Shown here: piece after piece, positions 45,478 to 54,650 of the stretch | How positions within the stretch are numbered: the first letter of the stretch is position 1 | Layout of the letters: every line of letters begins with the position of its first letter | DNA from: Ignavibacteriales bacterium | Lineage (GTDB): Bacteria; Bacteroidota; Ignavibacteria; UBA10030; UBA6906 | Assembly (NCBI GenBank): GCA_037441705.1 | Contig: JBBIRR010000021.1 | Coordinates: 1-64,000, forward strand | DNA length: 64,000 nucleotides | Direction of reading: 5' to 3' | Notes under the pieces: model-generated | Databases searched by the model: none | Told to the model about the DNA's origin: nothing | What the model saw: only the letters and a program-made list of their open reading frames with translations | Translations under genes and position numbers: made by a program

Positions 45478-47159
45478 TGCATCCCATGAAGTCGACCTTC
45501 CTGAGCACGCTGCTGCTGATTGGTCTTGTATCATCGTTGTTGGCGCAGACGGGTCGACCGGCGGACACGACGCGCGCCGTGGCGGATTCCCTTGCGCCGC
45601 AGCCGCCGGATTTTGAGGTGATTGAAGACCGTTGGAGAATCAAAGCTCCCCCCATCGAACAAACCGTCGAGGGCAGCATTCTCGATCCTTACAACCAGAA
45701 TGTTCTGAAGGGAGACTATCCCATCATCGGGCAGAACACGTTTCTCATCCTGACAGCATCTGCAGAAAATATCTTTGAGATGGTCAAGAACCCGACTCCC
45801 ATCGGGGTGAGCACGCGCCAGCCGCTCAGCGATCCCTTCTTCGGCAACAGCGACCGGCTGTTCAACAACACGTTTGCAAAACTCTCGGTGGAGTTATACG
45901 GCGGACAAACGGCATTTCGTCCGCGTGATTGGGAACTGAAGGCAACGGCCGTGTTCAATCTGAACTATACCAAACTGAAGGAGTTTAACGCCGTCAACAT
46001 CAACGTCCGCAAGGGCGATACCAGAACCGAGAATCACATCGGCTTTCAGGAGTTGTTTGCCGAGAAGCATCTATTTGACGTGAGCGACCGATATGATTTC
46101 GTTTCGTTGAAAGTCGGCATCCAAAAGTTTTCCAGTGACTTTCGAGGATTTGTGTTCAGTGATTTCAATCTCGGCGCGCGGTTGTTTGGCAGCTTCAACT
46201 CCAACCGCATTCAATGGAATCTTATTTACCTCCCGATGCTGGAGAAGGAAACCAACAGCGAGCTGAACACCGTCTTCAAGAAACGAGAGCAGGACGTGGC
46301 GATTGCCAACGTGTACATTCAGGATTGGTTGACGCTCGGCTATACGACACAATTCAGCTTCCACTTCAATCACGACAAGCCGAGCGTGCACTATGATCAG
46401 AACGGCTTCCTCGTCCGCCCGGCAATTGCAGGCAACACGAAGCCGCACGACATCAAAGCATTCTATGCGGGATGGGCAGGCGACGGGCACTTCGATTGGC
46501 TCAACATCACGCACGCGTTCTACTACGTTTTCGGTACGGATGATTTCAATTCCTTTGCCGGAAGAAAGATTACGATCAACGCACAAATGGCGGCGCTTGA
46601 GCTTTCGGTGGATGACGACTGGCAGCGGTTCAGGATTTCCGGACTCTACGCTTCCGGCGATGATGACATTGCAGACGATGTCGGCAAAGGCTTCGATGCG
46701 ATTCTTGACGCGCCGTTCTTCGCCGGCGGCCCGTCCGGGTACTGGCAGTCTCAGCGCATCGGCATTCAAGGGGTGGGACTCGTGCAGAAGTTCAGCTTCC
46801 TTCCAACGCTGCGCAGCAGTAAGTTGGAGGGTCAGGCGAATTTCGTCAATCCTGGACTCATTCTTCTCAATGCCGGGTACGACGCCGACATTACGCCCAC
46901 GCTCAAGGCAACAGTGAATGTCAACTATCTTCGTTTTGTGAATACAGCTGTTCTGGTGGATTTTCTGAATCAGAACTCCATCCACAAACAGATCGGAATC
47001 GAAGCAGGCCTCGGCATTCTCTACCGGCCGTTCCTGAACAACAACGCAATCGTCACGCTAACGTTCTCAGCATTCTCTCCGCTCGCCGGGTTCAAAGATA
47101 TTTATGAAAGAGGGGAGATGTTGTATGCAGGGACCGTCGGGATGACGTTTACGTATTGA
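45477..47159 (+). CDS. Predicted outer-membrane beta-barrel protein
   Basis: TAATG overlap with the previous stop; signal peptide; aromatic-rich alternating strands; C-terminal beta-signal GTVGMTFTY. Confidence 0.75.
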   Translation: MHPMKSTFLSTLLLIGLVSSLLAQTGRPADTTRAVADSLAPQPPDFEVIEDRWRIKAPPIEQTVEGSILDPYNQNVLKGDYPIIGQNTFLILTASAENIFEMVKNPTPIGVSTRQPLSDPFFGNSDRLFNNTFAKLSVELYGGQTAFRPRDWELKATAVFNLNYTKLKEFNAVNINVRKGDTRTENHIGFQELFAEKHLFDVSDRYDFVSLKVGIQKFSSDFRGFVFSDFNLGARLFGSFNSNRIQWNLIYLPMLEKETNSELNTVFKKREQDVAIANVYIQDWLTLGYTTQFSFHFNHDKPSVHYDQNGFLVRPAIAGNTKPHDIKAFYAGWAGDGHFDWLNITHAFYYVFGTDDFNSFAGRKITINAQMAALELSVDDDWQRFRISGLYASGDDDIADDVGKGFDAILDAPFFAGGPSGYWQSQRIGIQGVGLVQKFSFLPTLRSSKLEGQANFVNPGLILLNAGYDADITPTLKATVNVNYLRFVNTAVLVDFLNQNSIHKQIGIEAGLGILYRPFLNNNAIVTLTFSAFSPLAGFKDIYERGEMLYAGTVGMTFTY

Positions 47160-47176
47160 GCATGAAGTGGAGTTCA

Positions 47177-47292
47177 GTCGGGACTGCGCTCATCCTTCGA
47201 CTCTGTCCCGCCTGAAAAGCGGCGGGACTCCGCTCAGGATGACGCTTCGACTCCGTCCCGACAAAGAGCGTCGGGTCAACTCTCAGGATGAC
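47177..47292. repeat. Tandem REP-like units with nested hairpins
   Basis: Two units CTTCGACTC-[GTCCCG..hairpin..CGGG]-CTCAGGATGAC at 47195-47243 and 47245-47292; partial third copy GTCGGGACTGCGCTCA at 47177. Confidence 0.7.
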
Positions 47293-47369
47293 CGTGTTAG
47301 CGCGTATGAAATCCCGGAGAATTTGGAATGGAGATCAAAACAACGCGATCACGTTTTCACATATCGAGC

Positions 47370-50300
47370 ATGAGATACCTCCTCTGTATTCTCCTGTACT
47401 CCTCGCTGCATGCACAGCAGGTTGATCTGCTTCGCCAAACGCAGGCCGAGGCTGACCGCAAGAGCAAAGGATGCCTCACGTGTCACGGCGGCATCGAGCC
47501 GATGCACAAAAATCCCGCGGTGAAACTCGGCTGCACCGATTGCCACGGCGGCAATGCCGACGCGTTAGCCAAAGAGGCTGCACATGTGAAGCCCCGCTTT
47601 CCTGGCCGATGGAAATCCGCGGCGAATCCCCAACGGTCGTACACGCTGCTTAATGACGAGTACCCCGAGTTCGTGCAGTTCGTGAACCCGGGAGACTTGC
47701 GTGCTGCGGAGAAGGCCTGCGGGCCATGCCACAACCAGCCGGCAGACCCGATTGTGCGCAACGTGAAGAAGAGCATGATGACCACCTCTGCGCTGCTGTG
47801 GGGCGGCGCGGCATACAACAACGGCATCCTGCCGGTGAAGCAGTATATCCTCGGTGAAAGCTATAGTTGGGACGGCAAGCCGCAGAAAATCAACACCGTT
47901 CCCATCCCAACGAAAGAAGAGATGGACAAAAAGGGTGCGCTGCCGTTTCTGGTGCCTTTGCCGCGATGGGAGATAACGCAACCGCCCGACAACTTCCGCA
48001 GCTTCGAACGAGGCGGAAAAGTTTCACGCATCAATCCGTCGGAGATCGGCATCCCGAATCCGTTCGAGGAGCCGGGCCGGCCTGACAACAAGCTGAGCGA
48101 TCGCGGTCCGGGAACGCAACTGCGCATCAGCTCGCCCGTGCTGAACATTCACAAGACTCGCTTGAACGACCCGCATCTCTCGTTCCTCGGCACGAATGAT
48201 CATCCGGGGGATTATCGCTCGAGCGGATGCACGGCCTGTCATGTCGTATACGCGAATGATCGCTCGCCGTTCAATGCCGGACCGTACGCGCGCTACGGCA
48301 ATCGCGGCTACTCCTTCAGCGCCGATACGACGATTCCGAAGAACGAACCGGGGCATCCCATCAAACATCAATTCACACGCTCGATCCCTTCCAGCCAGTG
48401 CATGAGCTGCCACATGCATCAGCCGAATGCCTTCGTCAATACCTATCTCGGTTATCAAATGTGGGATTACGAGACCGACGGCGATCTGATGTATCCCAAG
48501 CAGCAGAAGTATCCGTCAAACGCCGAAGCGTTCGAGATGCTGATGAAGAATCCGGAGGAAGCCGTGCTGCGCGGACACTGGAGTGACGATGAGTTTCTCG
48601 CGGACGTCAGCAAACTCAATCCTCAACTCTCTCACACTCAGTTCTCGGATTATCATGGGCACGGGTGGGTCTTCCGCGCCGTTTTCAAGCGTAACCGTAA
48701 GGGCAATCTTTTGGACAAAGACGGCAATATCATTCCCGAAAACTCTCCCTTCAAGTTCGACGGCGTCGTTCCCGTCGAAGGCCTTACGCCAAAGGTGCTC
48801 TCGCCCGAAAGTCAACGCTCGCAGAAGGCCGTGCATCTCAAGGACATTCATCTCGAAAAGGGGATGCAGTGTGTTGATTGCCACTTCAAGCAGGACGCGC
48901 ACGGTAACGGCACGTTGGTAGGGGAGTTTCACAATGCCGTTGAGATTCAGTGCGTGGATTGTCACGGCACCGTCAATGCCAAGGCAACGCTGCGTACATC
49001 GGGTGTTGCTGCGCCGACGGGCGGGACAGATTTGACGACCATGTTCACCCCGTTTGGCGAGCGGCGGTTCAGGAGATCGGCAGGAAAAATCCTCCAGCGC
49101 TCCTCGCTTGTTGATACGCTGCAGTGGGAAATTCTTCAGACCGTTGACACGCATACCCGCGGATCGCGAGGCTACAACGCGAGAGCAGAGGCCGCACACC
49201 TGATGCTGAAAGATGGAACGATCGGGACGCCGGGCGTCAGCGACGATATGCTCGCCCATTCGTACAAGAAAATGGAATGCCAGAGCTGCCACACGTCGTG
49301 GATCACGAATTGCTTCGGCTGTCATCTGCCCCAACAGGCAAACTGGAAGAAGCAGATGAATCATTACGAGGGAGAGGTTTCGCGAAACTGGACGACGTAC
49401 AATCCGCAGGTCCTGCGCGATGACGGCTACATGCTCGGCATGACGGGCACAACGAAGGGAAACAAGATCACGACGGTTCGCTCATCGAGTGCGCTCGTGC
49501 TCAGTTCTCGAAACGCCAACCGGGAACAGATCTATATTCAGCAGGCTCCCATTTCAACGCCGGGGTTCAGCAGTCAGGCATTCAACCCGCATTTTGCGCA
49601 TACCGTTCGCTCGAAAGAAACACGATGGTGCACGGATTGCCACGTCTCCGCAAAGAATGACAACAACGCGTGGATGGCCCAACTGCTTCTGCAAGGAACA
49701 AATTTTGTCAACTTCATGGGAACGTATGTCTATGTAGCGGCGGGTGATGGAGGGGTTGCCGCCGTGCAGGTGACGGAGACCGACGAACCGCAAGCAGTCA
49801 TTGGCAGCTATCTCCACAGCATTGCGTATCCCGATTACTACAAACAACATCTGAATAACAGAAGGCAGTTGCGAACATCGTTCTCGCACGGCGGGACAGT
49901 ATTGAGCGTTCAGCTGCGCGGCGAGTATCTCTACGCTGCTTGCGGCGAGGACGGTTTCCGGGTGTACGACGTTGCGAACATTGACAACAAGGGATATTCC
50001 GAACGCATGGTCACGGCGCCGGTGTCGCCGCTCGGGCAGGATACACATGTCAAGACGCGCTACGCCACGGCGGTTGCCCTTCCCACCAACATGCCCATTG
50101 ATACGCGGCGAAGGGTTCGTCCGGAGAACCAGGAGCAAACGGTTCTGTACGAAGGGAAGTCGTACAACCTTCATCCTCTCTACAGCTACGCGTATATCAC
50201 CGATACGTTTGAGGGATTGATTTTAGTAGATGTCATGAATCTGGTTGACGGCGATCCGCGGAACAACTTTCTCGAGCGAGCAGTAACGTTCAATCCGAAC

Positions 50301-51056
50301 GGGATGCTCAACGGTGCGGTGAACCTTGTGATAGCGGGCAACTACGTGTACATCTGCTGCGACCGCGGCATCGTAGTCGTAAATGTGAGCGACCCGAAGA
50401 AGCCGCGCATCGTGGCCGACGTCGGTGCGCCGTTCATCAGGAGTCCGAAAGCCATTGCTGTTCAATTTCGCTATGCGTTTGTTGTGGATGATGAAGGGGT
50501 AAAAGTCATCGACGTCACGTTCCCGGAGATGCCAAAATTCGTCAAGAAAAGTTTTGTGGCTCTGCAAGGCGGTCGGGATATTTACGTTGCGAGAACATAC
50601 GCGTATGTTGCAGCAGGAACACAGGGCCTTGTCATCATTGATGTCGAGAATCCCGAAGCGATGAAGCTCGAGAAAGTTTTTACTGCGGACGGACAGATCA
50701 ACGATGCGCAAGGAGTGAAGGTGGCCTCGACGAACGCGAGCCTTTTCGCTTATGTTGCCGATGGCAAGAACGGCTTGCGTGTCATCCAACTCACGTCTCC
50801 GAAAACGGTGCCCGGCTATCTCGGTTTCAGTCCGAAGCCTGTTCCGCAACTCATTGCCACGAAGCCACTTAGCGGGCGCTCGCTTGCTATCTCCAAAGGT
50901 ATGGATCGTGATCGAGCAGTGGATGAGAGCGGTAATCAAGTCAGCGTTTTCGGGAGATTAGGTTCGCGACCCTTCACGCTCGCGGAGATGCAGAGGCTGT
51001 ACCTGAAAGAGGCAAAACTGTGGACGGTGACGGAGGACGGAAAAGTTGTCCGTTGA
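47370..51056 (+). CDS. Exported decaheme c-type cytochrome fused to an LVIVD-repeat beta-propeller
   Basis: Signal peptide; 10 CxxCH motifs (CLTCH, CTDCH, CGPCH, CTACH, CMSCH, CVDCH x2, CQSCH, CFGCH, CTDCH); C-terminal YAYVA...GL.IIDV..P repeats. Confidence 0.92.
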   Translation: MRYLLCILLYSSLHAQQVDLLRQTQAEADRKSKGCLTCHGGIEPMHKNPAVKLGCTDCHGGNADALAKEAAHVKPRFPGRWKSAANPQRSYTLLNDEYPEFVQFVNPGDLRAAEKACGPCHNQPADPIVRNVKKSMMTTSALLWGGAAYNNGILPVKQYILGESYSWDGKPQKINTVPIPTKEEMDKKGALPFLVPLPRWEITQPPDNFRSFERGGKVSRINPSEIGIPNPFEEPGRPDNKLSDRGPGTQLRISSPVLNIHKTRLNDPHLSFLGTNDHPGDYRSSGCTACHVVYANDRSPFNAGPYARYGNRGYSFSADTTIPKNEPGHPIKHQFTRSIPSSQCMSCHMHQPNAFVNTYLGYQMWDYETDGDLMYPKQQKYPSNAEAFEMLMKNPEEAVLRGHWSDDEFLADVSKLNPQLSHTQFSDYHGHGWVFRAVFKRNRKGNLLDKDGNIIPENSPFKFDGVVPVEGLTPKVLSPESQRSQKAVHLKDIHLEKGMQCVDCHFKQDAHGNGTLVGEFHNAVEIQCVDCHGTVNAKATLRTSGVAAPTGGTDLTTMFTPFGERRFRRSAGKILQRSSLVDTLQWEILQTVDTHTRGSRGYNARAEAAHLMLKDGTIGTPGVSDDMLAHSYKKMECQSCHTSWITNCFGCHLPQQANWKKQMNHYEGEVSRNWTTYNPQVLRDDGYMLGMTGTTKGNKITTVRSSSALVLSSRNANREQIYIQQAPISTPGFSSQAFNPHFAHTVRSKETRWCTDCHVSAKNDNNAWMAQLLLQGTNFVNFMGTYVYVAAGDGGVAAVQVTETDEPQAVIGSYLHSIAYPDYYKQHLNNRRQLRTSFSHGGTVLSVQLRGEYLYAACGEDGFRVYDVANIDNKGYSERMVTAPVSPLGQDTHVKTRYATAVALPTNMPIDTRRRVRPENQEQTVLYEGKSYNLHPLYSYAYITDTFEGLILVDVMNLVDGDPRNNFLERAVTFNPNGMLNGAVNLVIAGNYVYICCDRGIVVVNVSDPKKPRIVADVGAPFIRSPKAIAVQFRYAFVVDDEGVKVIDVTFPEMPKFVKKSFVALQGGRDIYVARTYAYVAAGTQGLVIIDVENPEAMKLEKVFTADGQINDAQGVKVASTNASLFAYVADGKNGLRVIQLTSPKTVPGYLGFSPKPVPQLIATKPLSGRSLAISKGMDRDRAVDESGNQVSVFGRLGSRPFTLAEMQRLYLKEAKLWTVTEDGKVVR

Positions 51057-51126
51057 GGGCGGAGAAGTAGAATAAGGGCTTCGGCTTCTAAGTAATTTCT
51101 GTGCATTCACAAGCGCGAGAAAAACT

Positions 51127-52152
51127 GTGAGCGATTGCGCCGATTCAAAACTCGTTCTTCGTCATTTCGTGTTCGTGTTTGCTGTTCTGCTTGCAGGCCT
51201 TGCGAGGGACGCCGCGTATGCACAAACGCGCTATCAAACGATCGGCCCGAGCGGCTGTGGCGTGGGACAGAACAACTGCCACGCTTCGGAGAACAGGAAC
51301 ATGGTGGACAAACACAAGAACTCGGTTGATGACATCGCCGACAACGAAGATGCTCGAAAGTACGCCGATCTTTCGGGCATCGGCGCGGGGAACTATCTCA
51401 AGGGAACCTCTCGCTGCATGGAGTGTCACGGCACCATCATTTCCGGGAAGGAAGGAAAGGAAGTTGAAGAAGGCGTGAGCTGCGAAAGCTGTCACGGTCC
51501 CGGCAGCGCATACAAAGATGCTCACGCTGAAGGTCCCAAAGGCGCGCCCGGCACAATTCGTCCCGGATACACGAAATCTCTTCCGCTTGGGTTGCTCGAT
51601 CTCAAGAGCCCTGATGTGCTCGCACAAGCCTGCGTTCGCTGTCATGTCATCACCGATCAGAAAATCCTCGCCGCGGGTCACCCCGATGGGGTGAAGTTCA
51701 ACTACAAGTCGGGAATGAAATCCGTGGCAAAGCACTGGAAGTATCGCGACGCGGGAAGCATTCCGGAGCAAGCCGTGTTCAAAGCAGCAGCTGCGCGCAA
51801 GGGGCCGACCGGCGTCACCGCGAAAATGCCGAAACCCGCTGTCCAGCCGCAGGCCGCCGTGGAGAAGCCCGCGCCCGCACAAGCACGCGCGCCTAAAGCA
51901 GAAGCGCTTACCCCCGAACCTAAGCCTGCGACCACCGTTGCCGTCGAGGACAGTCCACCGCGTGTGCCTGTCCGCAGACCGCCTCCTCCGCCGAAGCCCG
52001 CACCGGTGGACGCAACTGCTCCGCCGCCGGCTGCAGTCACACCCATCGAGCTGCCTCCGTTTCCGGAAGTTACCGACAGTACACGCATTGATCGGCTGCT
52101 GCTTCTGCTCAAGCAGCGGTTGGAGTTGTTGTATAAGAAGACAGGTAATTAG
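51127..52152 (+). CDS. Cytochrome c554-like multiheme protein (3 CxxCH + 1 CX6CH) with Pro/Ala-rich tail
   Basis: Signal peptide; GPSGCGVGQNNCH, CMECH, EGVSCESCHGPGS, CVRCH; AAGHP motif; GTG start. Confidence 0.85.
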   Translation: MSDCADSKLVLRHFVFVFAVLLAGLARDAAYAQTRYQTIGPSGCGVGQNNCHASENRNMVDKHKNSVDDIADNEDARKYADLSGIGAGNYLKGTSRCMECHGTIISGKEGKEVEEGVSCESCHGPGSAYKDAHAEGPKGAPGTIRPGYTKSLPLGLLDLKSPDVLAQACVRCHVITDQKILAAGHPDGVKFNYKSGMKSVAKHWKYRDAGSIPEQAVFKAAAARKGPTGVTAKMPKPAVQPQAAVEKPAPAQARAPKAEALTPEPKPATTVAVEDSPPRVPVRRPPPPPKPAPVDATAPPPAAVTPIELPPFPEVTDSTRIDRLLLLLKQRLELLYKKTGN

Positions 52153-52158
52153 CGCCCC

Positions 52159-53781
52159 ATGCCTCTCGGTCAGACACAACTGAAGCGTCTCGAACAGTAC
52201 AAAGACCGCTGGACGTCGTACGGTGCAAACACCGGCATCCTCGAGCTTTCGGAAAAGCCGACGCCTGATTTGCTGAAGCAGTTCGACATCTTCAAAGAGT
52301 ACGACGACAAGTTTCTTGAAAGGATTTCTCCTGACATTTCCATTGCTCTTTGGAAATCAGGCACCGTGCTGTTTGAAGAAGGAAGCTACATTGATCTCGC
52401 CTTTTACATCGTCTCGGGCAGTGTTGACGTGTACTTGCAGAAGCAGCAGGCACCGCAGCCGATTTTTGCGCGTGCACGAACGCAAGTCTTCACCGGGCCG
52501 GAAACAGGCCCGCGCAAGGATGCTTCAGGAGAACAACGCGCCGTGAAGCGAACCGGACAGCCGACCACGAGCGTGAAAGCGATAACGTTTCTCGCATCCA
52601 TGGATTTCGATTTGCCGACAGGAACGACTCTCACGTTGAAGGCTGGAGATGTCTTTGGCGAGATCGGCGCGCTCAACGGCTGGCCGCAATCGGCGACGGC
52701 AAAGACAACCTCTACCTGTCAGCTCATACAAATCCGCACCGCCGCCTTGCGCATGATGCGGAAGCGTTCGGCGGGGCTGAAAGCGCGGTTGGACAGATTG
52801 TACAAAGAACGAACGCTCACCGCGCAGCTTCGCACGACTCCTTTCTTTCGTGGCCTGCGTGACGAATTTCTTCAGGCACTGGCTCAGAAGGTGGAACTTG
52901 TCTCCTGCGAACCTGGGGAAGTGATCACCAACGAAGGCGCCACGGCAGATGCCCTGTATCTCGTCCGTTCGGGATTTGTCAAACTTTCACAGCGTCTCGC
53001 CGAAGGAAACATTGTCGTTTCTTATCTTCCCAAAGGAAGCCTCTTTGGCGAAGCTGAACTACTCCTGGACGGTGGAGGGAAGTGGATGTTCACCGCCTCA
53101 TCGCAGGAGTACTCGGAGTTGGTAAGGATTTCGCGAGAGGATTTTCGCAGCGTGCTGGCTCAGCAGCCGGAAATCGAGCCGCTGCTGTGGGAGTCGGTTG
53201 CGGCAAGGATCAAAGAGTCCGGCTACAGCCGCCGCAACATCAGCCAATCCGACTTTATCTCACAGGCACTCGACAACGGACTGGTCGAGGGCAACAGCAT
53301 TCTGGTGATCGATCTGAACGTCTGCACGCGCTGCGATGATTGCGTGCGCGGCTGTTCCGATACCCACGGCGGCATTCCCCGGTTTGTTCGTGAGGGAAAC
53401 AGAATCGGCAACTTCCTCGTTGCCCGCGCGTGCTATCACTGCGCCGATCCCGTGTGCCTCATCGGATGCCCGACGGGAGCCATTCGCAGAACCGATGTGG
53501 GTGATGTTGTGGCGATCGAAGATTCGCTGTGCATCGGCTGCTCGTCGTGCGCCAACAACTGCCCGTACGATGCCATCGTGATGCACGAGACCGGCGAGGT
53601 GTGGCCCGCCGACATGATTCCGGAAGGCTTGCGCGGCAAGGAACGCCTGCTGGCTTCTAAATGCGATCTGTGTTACACCGACCCGGCAGGCCCCGCGTGC
53701 GTGCGGAGCTGTCCTCACGGATGCGCCATCCGCGTCGGTGATGTGCAGGAGTTCAAAAATCTTTTGTGGAAAGAAGTCTGA
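52159..53781 (+). CDS. Two cNMP-binding-type domains fused to a 4x[4Fe-4S] DmsB/NrfC-type ferredoxin (cytoplasmic)
   Basis: LFEEG...GDVFGEIGAL and ITNEG...GSLFGEAEL; CTRCDDCVRGC, CYHCADPVCLIGCP, CIGCSSCANNCP, KCDLC...PACVRSCP. Confidence 0.92.
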   Translation: MPLGQTQLKRLEQYKDRWTSYGANTGILELSEKPTPDLLKQFDIFKEYDDKFLERISPDISIALWKSGTVLFEEGSYIDLAFYIVSGSVDVYLQKQQAPQPIFARARTQVFTGPETGPRKDASGEQRAVKRTGQPTTSVKAITFLASMDFDLPTGTTLTLKAGDVFGEIGALNGWPQSATAKTTSTCQLIQIRTAALRMMRKRSAGLKARLDRLYKERTLTAQLRTTPFFRGLRDEFLQALAQKVELVSCEPGEVITNEGATADALYLVRSGFVKLSQRLAEGNIVVSYLPKGSLFGEAELLLDGGGKWMFTASSQEYSELVRISREDFRSVLAQQPEIEPLLWESVAARIKESGYSRRNISQSDFISQALDNGLVEGNSILVIDLNVCTRCDDCVRGCSDTHGGIPRFVREGNRIGNFLVARACYHCADPVCLIGCPTGAIRRTDVGDVVAIEDSLCIGCSSCANNCPYDAIVMHETGEVWPADMIPEGLRGKERLLASKCDLCYTDPAGPACVRSCPHGCAIRVGDVQEFKNLLWKEV

Positions 53782-54617
53782 TGCACAAGCTCGCGCACAC
53801 ACTTCGGCTGCAGCGGTTCGTCCGCTCGCCCGACTGGGCGGCGTGGTTCCTTCTGGCGACGTCAGTGTTTCTGCTCATGTATGCCGTCAATGTCATTCTG
53901 TTCGATGTCAATCCGGGAAATTGGTGGGGACTGACGTACGGATGGATTGCCGCGCTGCTCATGTTCGGTGCGGGACTCTACGGCGTGCGGCGACGCGTCC
54001 TGAACCGCGACTTCGGCAATTCGAAAGTGTGGGTAGAGTTTCACGTTTACGGCGGCACGCTCGCCGCGCTGCTGGTGCTGCTGCACACCGGCTTCAGACT
54101 GCCCAACGGCCTGTTCAACTGGCTCCTGTGGCTTCTGGCTGTGTGGGTAACAGTAAGCGGGTTGCTTGGTGTCATTCTGCAGCGATGGATTCCGAAGCTG
54201 TTGACATCGGGCCTTTCCGTCGAAGCAGTCTATGAACGGATTCCTGATTTGGTTCTTGAGCTGCGTGAACGAGCGGAGAAACTCGTGCGAACCTGTGCGG
54301 CTCCGGTGCGGGACTTCTATCAGGGTACCGTTGCCGCAGCGCTCGTCCAGCCCGAACCGCGGCTCATCTACTATCTGGATGTAACTGGAGGAGTCCAGTC
54401 CCGCATTCGGAAGTTCGAATTCCTTCGGCGCGTTCTGCCCGATGAGGAAAAGAAACGACTCGATGAGCTTCAGCTCATCTACAAAACAAAACTCGAATTG
54501 GACGCTCACTATTCATTGCAGCGAGCGCTCCGTTGGTGGCTCTACTCACATGTGCCGCTGTCAATGGTGCTGCTTCTGATGATTCTCCTGCATATATGGG
54601 CTGTGTGGTATTACTGA
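53781..54617 (+). CDS. Integral membrane protein with four TM histidines (putative di-heme b cytochrome, ferric-reductase-like)
   Basis: TGATG overlap; WVEFHVYGG...LVLLHTGF and WWLYSHVPLS...ILLHIWAV, His pairs 13 residues apart in two TM helices. Confidence 0.75.
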   Translation: MHKLAHTLRLQRFVRSPDWAAWFLLATSVFLLMYAVNVILFDVNPGNWWGLTYGWIAALLMFGAGLYGVRRRVLNRDFGNSKVWVEFHVYGGTLAALLVLLHTGFRLPNGLFNWLLWLLAVWVTVSGLLGVILQRWIPKLLTSGLSVEAVYERIPDLVLELRERAEKLVRTCAAPVRDFYQGTVAAALVQPEPRLIYYLDVTGGVQSRIRKFEFLRRVLPDEEKKRLDELQLIYKTKLELDAHYSLQRALRWWLYSHVPLSMVLLLMILLHIWAVWYY

Positions 54618-54650
54618 ACTGGATTGCTTGATGGTTTAGGATGATGTCGT

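Noticed and set aside
36942-47292. CRISPR array suggested by the short repeats at 36.9 kb and 47.2 kb
   Set aside because: Only 2-3 units each, no unique spacers of regular length and no cas genes
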